From NCBI GenBank assembly GCA_013239625.1, contig MU053561.1, forward strand, positions 5,005,214 to 5,069,213: a stretch of DNA of 64,000 nucleotides. The letters run 5' to 3'. The DNA is from Lama guanicoe (taxonomy: Eukaryota). Both the position numbers and the translations under genes were made by a program. Shown piece by piece: positions 21,803 to 32,613 of the stretch. Below the pieces are notes generated by a model, which saw nothing but the letters and a program-made list of their open reading frames with translations, was not told the origin of the DNA and ran no database searches. Position 1 is the first letter of the stretch; each line of letters begins with the position of its first letter.

Positions 21803-24800
21803 GTGGGTGAGGTCGCGCTTGGCCCGTGGCATGTTTGCAGCATGGCAGCGTGGGCTGGAGAATGGCAGTCGGCTGCTGCGAGACCTCACCTTCAGGGGTC
21901 CTTCCGGGGGGTGGGAGGGGTTTGGGGGCACACACTTGTCACTCAGGTTGTAACAGGCAGGAAAGAAATGGAGGAAGACGGTGGGAAACTGCCCAACCAA
22001 AAGCCTCTGATGCTGAGTATATTGAAACCAACACTGAGTTCTAAATGGAAAATTAAAACTTGGAGGAAGCCTTCCGAGCAGCCCACAGTGCCAGGCCCAG
22101 AATGCTTTCACAAAGCCCCTGGGCCAAGTCAGTCTTTTTGGAGAAAGCCCCAAGAGGATGAGATCAGAACTTGGCAAGAAATTCTACCCCTGTCCAGGCA
22201 GAATGTTCCCTGAGGCTCTAGCCAGACTGTCCTGAGGAAGTTTTCACTGCGTGGACAGAGCTGGTCAGAGACAGGACCCTCCTCTGGTGAATGCTGGTTC
22301 TCCCCATTGCTGGGGAAGAGAATGTGGCTTCAAGGTGACACATTCGTCTGGCCGGGTCCTGACAGAGACATACTGGATGCAGCCCTGCCCGGGAGTCCCG
22401 AGACTTGGGCTCCAATACTGGCCCTTTCTCACTTGCCATATAATCTTGAGCTAGTTATTGCTCTCTCAGCTGCAAAGAAAATGTTCCCTTCAGTGAGACT
22501 TACAGACTGCCTCGCCTCCACCAAACTACGCCAGTGTAACATCCTGCCATTTAGTACCTTGGTGGTCCCCCCCCACCCCGCCTGCTTTGTCTCAAATGGG
22601 TTGGGACGTAGGGGTAGCCAGGCAAGTTTTAACCTCATTTTGAGTATCTCAGACCCCAGTCTGCATCTTAGAAAGCCAAGTGGTCATTCACTCACTTTAA
22701 TAGGCTTCAAGCCAAAAAGTCCAGAGAATTGTATTAACTTGGAAAATGTACTAATAAAAAAATAAATAAAGCTTTAACCCTTACACTGCATGGCCCCTCA
22801 GCTTAAAAGCAGAATCACCTTAAAAATAGTAATCCCTTTCTCTTCCCCATGTTCTGCGACATGGAAAATGTGTGGGCAGCAAACCCAGAGGACCTGCTGA
22901 CTCTTTTCCTTTCTCTGGGTGGACAAGCCTGTTTCCACCTGTTTCCAGCAGTGTCAGGTGTCTCAAGAGAGACAGCTGAGGGCAGTGGACACGGGGGATC
23001 CTGTGGGAGAGAGAGGCCTCTGAGGGTCCAGGCTTATAGAACTGCCTCCCCAGGTAGGCATGTGTGGGTGATGTTCCTGCCTGTGGCCAGTGAGGCCAGC
23101 ATGGAGGAGTAAGGCCCAGACAGAAAGCTGCTGTTCGTCTGAGGCCTTATGCTTCTGTCTAGTGGTTGCCTTGATTTGACCACAGCTGTGGATCTTTAAT
23201 GAGTGAGGCCAGTCCCTCAGCTCCTGGGCCCTCCTCCCCCAGGGGAGCCTCTGCCCCTTCTTTTCCAGAAGGCCCTCTCTGCAGGGTGTGGGTGAGGTAC
23301 CGCAGCCAGCCTCCACCTACACAGGAGGCTGCTAGGGGGCAGAGGCAGCGTCCAGCACCTCAGCGACTGCGCAGCTGATTCAAACTAGGGAGGGGCACGG
23401 CCCCTCCCCCCCTTTTAAACCTTTGGAGATACTTAAGAATACGATAAGTATACTAAAATGTTCAGGATGGCATGAGAAAGGGGCAAGGAATGGGAGCTAA
23501 GAGGCCTGTGACGGGCTGCGGGGCCGCAGACAACTCACCGCCCCACCAGGTCTTCAGTCACCTGGTTGGTAAACGAGGGGGTGGGCTCCTCCCATCTCTG
23601 CACTTCTAGGAAACTGACCCTAAATGACAGACAAGGGGTGGCAGGTGAGCCCGCATCTTGCATCGCTTTTCTAATCTTGAAGCTGCAATACCTCATCACC
23701 CTGATCGGGCTAGCCTGTCCACGCAAACTGGAGTCACCCATCGGCAGCAGCTGGAGTTGGAGGTGGGGTGCAGAGTAGCACGGAGGGGCCAGACTTGGCC
23801 CAGCATCGCTCTCCATGATAAATACAACCTAATTAAGCCAAATAATTGATTCCAAGGCCTGTTTCTTTGAGAACTCCAACTCACCAGTCCAGACTACAAA
23901 AGGAAGATAAAGCAGAATCAAGCCCTGGAAAATGAATATTTGATGAGACAGAAAAGGGAAAGTAACAGCATATGGAAAACGAAAAGAGAATAAATTGATT
24001 CATATCCTTTGGGTTTACTGTTTTCTCGACCTTGCACACAAGTTCCTGAGACTGCCCCACCCCCACTCCGTATCCTTCCATTTTCTGCTCAGCTGATCAT
24101 TTCTCTGTATGAAGAAGCTGAAAATGACATTCATCTGGGCAACTTAGGGTTTCATCAGTACAAATTTGTAAAAATTTGTGCCTACACTTTTTAGCAACCA
24201 CAGTTTAAGCACCTTTATAAAAATGCATCTAAAAACCCACCAGGCTAATAATAAGTAAGCCCTCTTTGTGTTCATGTGGTGCCTCGTACTTGAATATTTA
24301 CCATCTCAGTCGTCCTTAGAGCTCACATCCTGCCTCCTTTTTGGTACTGTTCTGAACGTTGAGCAAGAGCTTTGCTCCGGGAATTTGTTTCCCCTATTTG
24401 TATGAGACATAAGGAAATCTCATCTCCTGCTCCCGGGAAGAGAAACAGCATCGAATCTATAACACACTGCATTTATATTGTACCTTTTTAGAGGAGTTTC
24501 AAGTGCTGTAATCATTTCTTTTTTATTAATGAAAACAGAAAACACCATATTTGCTCGCTTGTTTGGGGTTTTACAATCAGGTTGAGGGAACAAATTAACT
24601 GAAAAGGTATTTTTCCCTGCTGGGATTTTTTTCATGAATAAAAATTGATTAAGCCATAGTGAGCATCCTTTCCCGGTAGCAGCCGTGGCCCCTTCCCTCT
24701 CAGCACTCCTGCTCAGTGCTGTGTGTCGTGGCTGTCACCACACACAGAGCCCAGGTTGACCAGCGATCTTCTCCAAGGCATTTTATTATGAAAGGCCAAA

Positions 24801-25412
24801 TTCAGAAAATCTGCCAGAGATTTTAGATCTCTGTTGGAAAATAACCCATTTCAGAACAATAAAAGATCTCAATGGAACACAGCCACCCCAGAACAATCAT
24901 CTTCCTTGGTGTGCCGGAGACCAATTCTCTGCTATTTCAGAGCCTCGATGATAAGCCTGCAGGAGTCATTCACCTTCCCACTGTCCACAAACCCCATCTC
25001 CTCCCTTTGTGTATCTTCATAGGGAAAATCAGGGGCTAGCAGGGGAGCCAGCGTGCCTTCCTCATTTGTCCTGGATAAACAATTATGCTCTATGTGACTT
25101 CTTTCTGAGCAATTATGTAAAGAAAAAAGAGAGGGGCTCTGTGTAGCCATTTCGTTTTTTCTCCTCTGAATTGGCCTATCAGTCAAGCCTGTTTAAGTGG
25201 CATGCTTACCCAGGGGAGAAGCCAATCATTACAATGTACCTTTCACTGACGTTAAAGGTTGTAACAGAAAAAGTTGAACTTCTAAAATGAAGATCTGTTA
25301 AATGAAAGCATTAGTAATCACCTTATGTCACCTTCTGGTTAAGCAACACTTGAGTCAGAAGTCACAGTGGGCTCAACAACCAGGCATTTATTTATCTAAA
25401 ATATTTCACCAG

Positions 25413-25430
25413 GGAAACCCTCGGTTGTGA
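25413..25430 (+). CDS. SYT6: SYT6 canonical C-terminus GNPRL-stop (coding part of the 69-nt exon 25413-25481)
   Basis: CAG acceptor ending at 25412, GGA AAC CCT CGG TTG TGA, GTAAGT donor at 25482. ...KSFKEGNPRL is the mammalian SYT6 C-terminus as I recall it. Confidence 0.9.
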   Translation, partial: GNPRL

Positions 25431-27070
25431 TTTCATTCACGTGGATGCTGCAAGCAGAGAGACTGCCACCCGGAGTTAGGAGTAAGTACCTGGTATGGAC
25501 CCAAAGAGCTTAGGTTTCTGACTCCACTGTGTGCCTCCTCCTTCCCCTGGTGTGGCCAGGTGCAAAGGTGGCAGTAGGACGGAGTGGAGGGAGCACTGAG
25601 CGTGGAGTTAGGAGACTTGGTTTGAGATCCTAACTCTGCTCCTAGCTAGCTGTGCGTTGACTTTTCTGCATCTTTGTTTTCCAATCTGCAAGAACAAGAG
25701 CTAGCCTGGATGATGCCCAGGGCTACCTCCGGGTCTCCGTGTTAAGACTGCACAGGCCTAGGTCATGTGATGGTGGTCATCACTACCTGATTGTCCGGCC
25801 TTTGCTTGGCTGTAAAGATCTGCAGGTTGGCCTGTTCAGGGGGTACTAATGGACCATGAAGAACTGAGCCTAGGGAGGGGTAATAGAGGCTTTCCTTAGA
25901 TCCGGGAACGTGAAGGCAATCAGTAGGTCTGGGTCTCTCCTCGGCGTTGTGGGTTCCCATAGGCTGGATGGGATGGTCTAACCCTTAAATGGCTTGGCTC
26001 TGTCTAGAAAGGGCTATGTTGCGGGGAAGAGGGAGGGAAGGACCGTGCACCCCCACCCCGTATATGCACAAATGCGCAGTAGGCTTCTCCTCAGCCCCAT
26101 CACCCCACATGGAGACCCTGAAAGCCCACGAGAAATAGAAAGGTACTTCAGGGTCAGAAAGGCCATCTTACCCCTCTACTTAACTTCTCTCCCCGGAGCC
26201 ATGTTCTGCAGGCACCTAGGGGCGTACTGTCTCCTCTGCTCACAGAAAGGGTAGAGTGAGCAGTGGACACTGACTCGCTTTGAAGTTACACAGCCCCTAG
26301 ACAGGTCAGGAATTTTCACAGGGTCAGATCGTTGCCCAGAAAACACTGCTCCAGCTATGCCTGGCTTTTCAACCTAAAGAAGGGTCATCCATCCTCTGCC
26401 CTCTCCTCACCCCATTACGCCTCATTACATCACCATCTTCACTGAGGGATTAGAGTCAGCCTGGGGGAAGCAGCCTGTGAGACAGGAGAGTGAGGAGAAA
26501 AAGGGTGGAGACATCCCATTGGGGTGGCAGGGAGGGTTTCCATCTCCTTGCACCTCCCACCCCGTCACAAGTTGGGTGTGAAGACCCCAAGAAGCACTGA
26601 GACTGAAGAAGAGAGCCCAACACCGAAGCAATATCAGGGTTTTAGCTGTACTAACAGCTCCCAGACAAATTGCTAATAATTCATGATCGCAGGTTTTTGG
26701 CAGTCAGGGCATACTCTGCAGACGGCCTCTTTTGCTGTTAACATCCTCTGATTTTCAGTGTGAAAAATGGCTGAAGCACTCAGAAATGGTCCAGCCAGAG
26801 CACCTGATTAACACGCACGCACGCATGCACTCCACACGTGCAGGAAAGCTTCCCTTATCTCTGCAGTAGGTCTTTTTTAAAAATCAGGTCTTCCAAACCA
26901 GAAGCTCAAAAGCTGTTTTCCTTTTGTTTTTGCATGGCTAACAGCAAAATTCAAGAAAGCTTATGAAAAGCTCGGAAAGGGTGAATTCAGTGCATGGGCT
27001 GGATGAGTCTGGAGAGTTGAAATGTCCGGTCCCTTGGCAATGGATAAGCAGCTTTTTCTCCTCTCCGCAG

Positions 27071-27142
27071 TGGCAGGGCCAGGCGGCCAGCTTCGACAGC
27101 GAGAGCTCGTGCCCATCTCCGAAACCACCTCCGACACCGTGA
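27071..27142 (+). CDS. SYT6: SYT6 alternative C-terminus WQGQAASFDSESSCPSPKPPPTP-stop, used if the GNPRL exon is skipped; start of the last exon
   Basis: Strong acceptor (tttttctcctctccgcag) ending at 27070, phase 0, TGA at 27140-42. The peptide resembles the SYT10 tail (LPGRATSFDSQGSCPSPKPPSTP, from memory). Confidence 0.82.
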   Translation, partial: WQGQAASFDSESSCPSPKPPPTP

Positions 27143-29890
27143 GCTGCACAGCCGGGCGACACAAACTAGACTCAGCAGCGTTCTTTTTGCACTTGTTCAA
27201 CGTCTAAACACAGTGTTGTGCGGCGGGCGGGGGCAGCACGCCCCTTACTCCAGAATCTTAGCTGCCCCTGTGTAGGTCAAGGCCAAGACACTTGTCCTGT
27301 GGTCCGAGCTGTCTTAGTCTTTTCTGTCTCCCAAGGTGATGTTTTTTGTGGTCTTTTCACTTTTTATGGATCTGCTGTCAAGAAGAAGAAGAAAGAAAAA
27401 AAAAAGTAGAGAAAGACAAAGGGGAAGAGCCCAGACACTGGGTTCTATTAAATACAATGTAAAATAGTCTTTTTGGGGGGAGGTGGTTTGAGTTTCTGAA
27501 ATTTTGTGTCTCCACCAAGCCCCTCTACCCCCAAGCAGAAGGAAGTGGGACGGAACTACAGCTGCTTTTTCTAGGAGCCAGTGGGGAAGGCACAGGTCTA
27601 GTGAAGAGCTTTTACAAAGGCTACTTGTGACTCAGAAGTTCTTTGCTGATGTGCTATAAACTGAGATGCCGACTCCCGGTCCCGTGTTGAAACTGTGAGG
27701 CTCCGAGGTGTCTCTTAACCTTCAGCTGGTCATGCAGGGCTCCGGGCTCCCCTTCCTCTCAGACTTTCCCCCTGAATTGACCATATCTTGATTCCTCATG
27801 GAAACTGAGTCACTTTCTTTAGGAATGATTCTACTGACACGAAACATGCCATATATTTTCTGACACACCATGGTTCATGGCCACATTTGTTTGAAAACAG
27901 GATATTTGTTCTCGAAAATAACCTTCATTTTGAGAAAGAAAAAAAAAAAGAGGACGCACATATGTTCCAGAATGATTTCTGCATTATATATAGCTTTATA
28001 ATTCCATGAAGTATCAAGCAAGCTGTTTAAAATGCCTAAACAGATCAAAAAGAAAAACCTGCATAAAATGTTCTTTTCTGAGTGGAGAGTTTTGAAATCC
28101 CAAGTGATGGGCGGAGTCTATCTTTCTAGGAAGAGTATCTTCCTGATTGAAACCAAGTCAGCTTAAGTCTATTTCAGCCCCCTTGACTCTGGGATAATGT
28201 TCATCTTGAACTTTATTTCTATAAATTACTAAGTACTTAAGTGTTTGTTTCAGTGGTAGTGAAGAAGTATGTTTGTTTTTTGTTCTTTTCCCTTTAGATC
28301 TCTACCGTAGGCCAAATTCAGATTAGGAAAAAAGAATGTTTGAACTATTCTGTGTTGTAATCGTACGTTTCTGTTAAGAGTGGCCTTCCCACCAACCCCC
28401 TGTAACTAGGTTGATTTGCCCCATCTCAGTCTGTACAGCCCTGGGAGTAGATGCGTGGAGGTGGGTTCTCACTTCAGTTTGTGGCTGTGAAATGCCAGTT
28501 TCCAGAGCCGTGTGTGTGACTTGCAAGAGGCAAGTCTGCTGAAGAACTGCTTCTCTCAACAATGGAGGCCCGAGAACGTAAAACCGTTCACACACCTTGT
28601 GTCTTACTCTTTCCTTACTTACTCTTTACTCTTCAAGAGCAGCAATTCAATAAAGTAACCCTCGTTTTAAGCCAAGTTATCAGGTTTCTGTGCTGATATA
28701 ACTTTGGGTAGTGTCTACTGGTCCTAAAAATGACCAGATTGGGCAGGAGGTAACAGGATATTGTGGCAAAAGAGGTTTTCTGCTTTAAAGAAAGTAAATG
28801 TAGATAAACCCAGACCCCTGTACTGAGCCTTAGGCTAGGAGCTAATGTGTCATTGGTATAAAGATAAAGTTTTCTCCCCAAATGTCCTGTGATTGATCAG
28901 CCTTCCCAGTCAAGTGGTCCTGCAGCTGGATGTTCTCTTGAGAGTAGGAAAAAACCCAAGGTCATGACAAGAGTTCCAACAGGCCAGGAACTTCATTTTG
29001 TTTCTTGACACTAGAATGACCCCAGTGGCCATCTCAATCATTGGGGAGCTGTTGTGGGTCCTACAACCATGAAGGGGACAACTGAGTTTCCTGGGTCATA
29101 AGGAGCCTAGAAATTAGTGTGAGGGGGTCCTTCCAAAAGTGAACTTAAAATGCATGTCCCGCCGTCATCTTCAAACCTGTAGACAGATAAGGACAATCAC
29201 TCTGACCTTTTGGAAGAAGGGAATGTGATCAGCGAGAATCATGGAAGTTACTGCTCTTAGACATTCCTCTTATGTCCAAGCAGCCATCTCACTCAGGTGA
29301 GGCTCCCGGTGGCTTTGGAAAGTCACTTCCTGAGCAGATTACGGTCAGCCTCCACACCACCCTGACCCACTGCTTCCACTGCCGCTACAGCAGTCCTGGT
29401 AAATGTCTTCAGGCTCTCAGCTCCTGGGGCCCCATCCCCAGCACCCTCAGGGGAGACTAGTCCTCAACCCAAAGCATGAATGGAACCTGAATTTCTGCCA
29501 ACTTCGTTATGTACCCCGATCTCTCCCTGGCACAGATGAGGATAAAATGATTACAAGTTGCAGAATAAAATGAAATACAAGGTTGATTCATTTGTCAGCT
29601 TCCTCTGCCATGAGAAACCTCTTTCTCAGGTTGGTGATGTGAGCTTTGCTGAAGTCAGGATAGCGAAGGTCTTTTGCACAAAGATTTTTTTTTTTAATGC
29701 AAAGTCCCCTTCTCCTTTACTTAGCTGCATTTCTGGGCTGAAGAATGTCTCTCTCCTCCCCACACTCAGGATGTTAATTAATTGCATCATCATTTAAAAA
29801 ATTATGTTGTTAATTACTGCTTCATGTCTTCCGGCCCCTGTCACAGCCTGGAGTTTTTATTCAATTAAATCTCTGTCTCTTGCCCATTTC
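27143..29890 (+). other. SYT6: SYT6 3' UTR (end approximate)
   Basis: Repeat-poor, increasingly AT-rich sequence after the last stop. Hexamers AATAAA at 28649 and 29564 and ATTAAA at 29864, the last followed by T/GT-rich sequence. Confidence 0.6.
29864..29869 (+). terminator. Candidate distal polyadenylation signal (ATTAAA)
   Basis: Preceded by a T-rich element (gtttttattc) and followed by tctcttgtcattgtaagtgtt. Confidence 0.5.
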
Positions 29891-30532
29891 TCTTGTCATT
29901 GTAAGTGTTCCTGAGGTTTAGCAGTCTGCATACACATACACAGGACACTACAAAGCTTTTTTTAAATCTTTTTTCACACAGATAACCACTTCCCTTCAAT
30001 CAGAAGTACAGCAGAGGGGCTTGTTTGTTTTTTGTTCTGCCCAAGGAATACCTGTGTGCCCTGGAGGGCTGGGATCCACCTGTGTTTTGTCAGGCTGGTA
30101 GCTCACAGAACATTTGGTACACGGGGCTCTGCTGTTTCCTCAGCTGTTCAGCTCAACAAGCAGCCCCTCCAGATGCCAAGGGCTCTCTAGGGAAACGGGT
30201 CACACACTTATATGTGGAAAGTGAGATGCTTTTGCCTACCAGGAGCAGAATCCTGCTAACTCTCGTAAAACACACTTGATGAGAAAATCCTACTGCAGGC
30301 TCAAAAATTTTAAGAGAACATTCTAACTTAATAGAATATCCTCTCTGCTCACCCCCAGCTTTTAATTAATTTAGAAGGCAGCCCCTAGAGGGGAGAGTGG
30401 GAGATAACATCCCTTCTTGCATATCTGCATCTAAATTACTGGCATTCCCTGGTGAGCCTCCACCGCCACTGCCACCGAGGAAGCTGAACTGCTGAGAGAA
30501 GCACTTGCTGCCCGAAGATGCAGCTTCCCCTG

Positions 30533-30633
30533 GCTTCTGCCTTCCCATCAGGTCACCCATCAGCCACCAGGATCTGGTGATATGCTTCTGCCTTCCCATC
30601 AGGTCACCCATCAGCCGCCAGGATCTGGTGATA
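30533..30633. repeat. 51-bp-period tandem duplication (2 copies)
   Basis: 30533-30582 versus 30584-30633 match at 49 of 50 positions. Confidence 0.95.
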
Positions 30634-31723
30634 CGACATCTAGACCAGATCAACCGGGCTGAATACATCTGGCTTGCCAGGCTGGGTTATGCAGTGGTAA
30701 CAACCTTCAGATGTCAGTGGCTGAAAACAACAAAGGCTTATTTCTCATTCACACTAGACCTTCATCACTAACAAAGGGAAACTAGTCTGTTCATTGTTGA
30801 GTGAAATCAAGGACTGTGCGTTAAGCCACGTGGCTATACATGGGGCCATACTACTGTGCTAGCCTCAGGCTTGAATCTTGCCCACAAAAAGCTCGTTAGT
30901 CTAGAAAGCTGGCAGCTTAAGTCACGATAGTCTAAGGTAGAAAATGATAAGTGCAGGAAGGCAGGTGAGATAAAAAGCTACCGGAGTCCAGGAAAGAATG
31001 TCACAGCTCTGCAGGTGGAGTGTTAGCTTCAAGGAAGAAGGGGCACCTGGTCTAGACTTTTGAAGGATGGGTGGGATTGGAGGATGTGGAAGTTGTGAGG
31101 AGTAGGCACGTCCCAGGCTGAGTGGTCCATACAGGTGAAGACCCAGAGCCAAGGAATTCCCAGGGCTGCTAAGCCCCTACATTCCAGGGAGACAAGGAGT
31201 CCCCTGAGCAACACAGCCCCCTTGCTTGCACTGGTCAGCCCAGGCAGAGTGCTGGCTTTCTGCCCAAGGAGTGCTTCTTGCCCCTTCCCTGGGCCCTGCC
31301 TAGTTCTTGCCAGCTGCCTCTCCTGGGAAACAGACCTGCTGCCCCTGCCTTCTCCATTGCAGGCTTGGCTTCTGCTCCCAAAAGGGCTGATCACTTGGAA
31401 CCGCAAGACTTATTTGAACCTGAGACTCAGTTTAGCTGCCACACCTCATCCACTGACCCAGCCTCACCTCCTCGGGCTATTTCTCAGCCACAAGCACCTC
31501 AGGACTTCATGATTTGTCCTGTGTCCTGCTCTGCTCCTCTTTGCAGTGAACTCTACCCAGATGCTCGATTTTCTAGTACAGGGAACAGGACTGGTGTCTC
31601 CGTGGCTTTCCTCTGGCTGATTCACAGCTGCACTCCTAGGATGGCTGTGGCAAGCTCACAGGGAGAGACTGGAGGCAAAGAGGCAGTTGCAGCGGTCTAC
31701 TTAAGAATGAACCAAGGGCAGCA

Positions 31724-31912
31724 GGGGAGAGTATAGCTTAGTGGGAGAGCATGTGCTTAGCATGCTCAAGGTCCTGGGTTCAATCCCCAGTACCTCCATT
31801 TAAAAAATTAAATTAATAAATAAACTTAATTACTTACCCCACCAAAAGCTTTAAAAAAAATAATTTAAGGTTCAACTTAAAAGATAAAAAAAATTTAAGA
31901 AATTTTAAAAAA
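31724..31912 (+). mobile_element. tRNA-derived SINE (camelid vic-1-like), long form with AT-rich tail
   Basis: GGGGAGAGTATAGCTTAGTGG (A box), GGTTCAATCC (B box), then TACCTCC and an A-rich tail. Similar to three other copies in the window. Confidence 0.85.
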
Positions 31913-32613
31913 CTGAAGAGTGGATCGACGTCTGAGCTAGCATAGGCAGTGCACAGGCAAACACAGGCAAACAAGGACACCAGCACAGGATGTGGTGATG
32001 ACAGATGGAAAACACAACAGAGCTGACTGCTGAGCAGATCTGGAAGAAAGGAGAGGGAAATGAGATTCAAAGTTGTTGTGTTTTCACACTTGAGGCACCA
32101 AAACAATGATGGTGCCTTCCATGGAAACCAGGAACTCAGCAGAACAAGGAAAATACTGATGGGTCCAGTTTGGGCCAAACTGAGTTTGAGATGCTGGAGG
32201 GATGTCGAGCAGAAAGCTGCAGTCCAACACACAGCTTGGCAGAGAGGTGAGACATGAGATATTAACTGATAGAAAGCTTACACACCAAAATGAGATGTGA
32301 AGACAGGAGGCTGGCGTTGCCACGCCAGTAACAGTAGACAAGGAGGGTCTCAAAGAGATGTTCTTCAGGAACCATCAACATTTAGAGGTCAAGCTGATGG
32401 GAAGTGATATGAATAATAACGGAGGTGTGCCCAAGAGAGGCTGATTGATGAAAATGCTGATGAACAAAAACAGATCAATCAAGGGCTACATAAAGTGATT
32501 CTTTATAACAAGTTAATCCAAGGTGCTTAAATGTAACTTGACTCACAAGTCTATTTTAACCTACATTTGCAGGGACCCACATCATTTTTTCCCACCTCAG
32601 CTATGCTCTTGCC

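Noticed and set aside
21560..22177. 205-aa minus-strand ORF
   Set aside because: Antisense shadow of the SYT6 exon and GC-rich intron, with no independent coding signal.
30533..30633. Direct repeat as a CRISPR-like array
   Set aside because: Only two adjacent copies, no spacers, eukaryotic context.
31724..31797. tRNA-like sequence (also near 32690, 45020 and 52218)
   Set aside because: Diverged copies with A-rich tails, two with target-site duplications; these are SINE heads, not tRNA genes.
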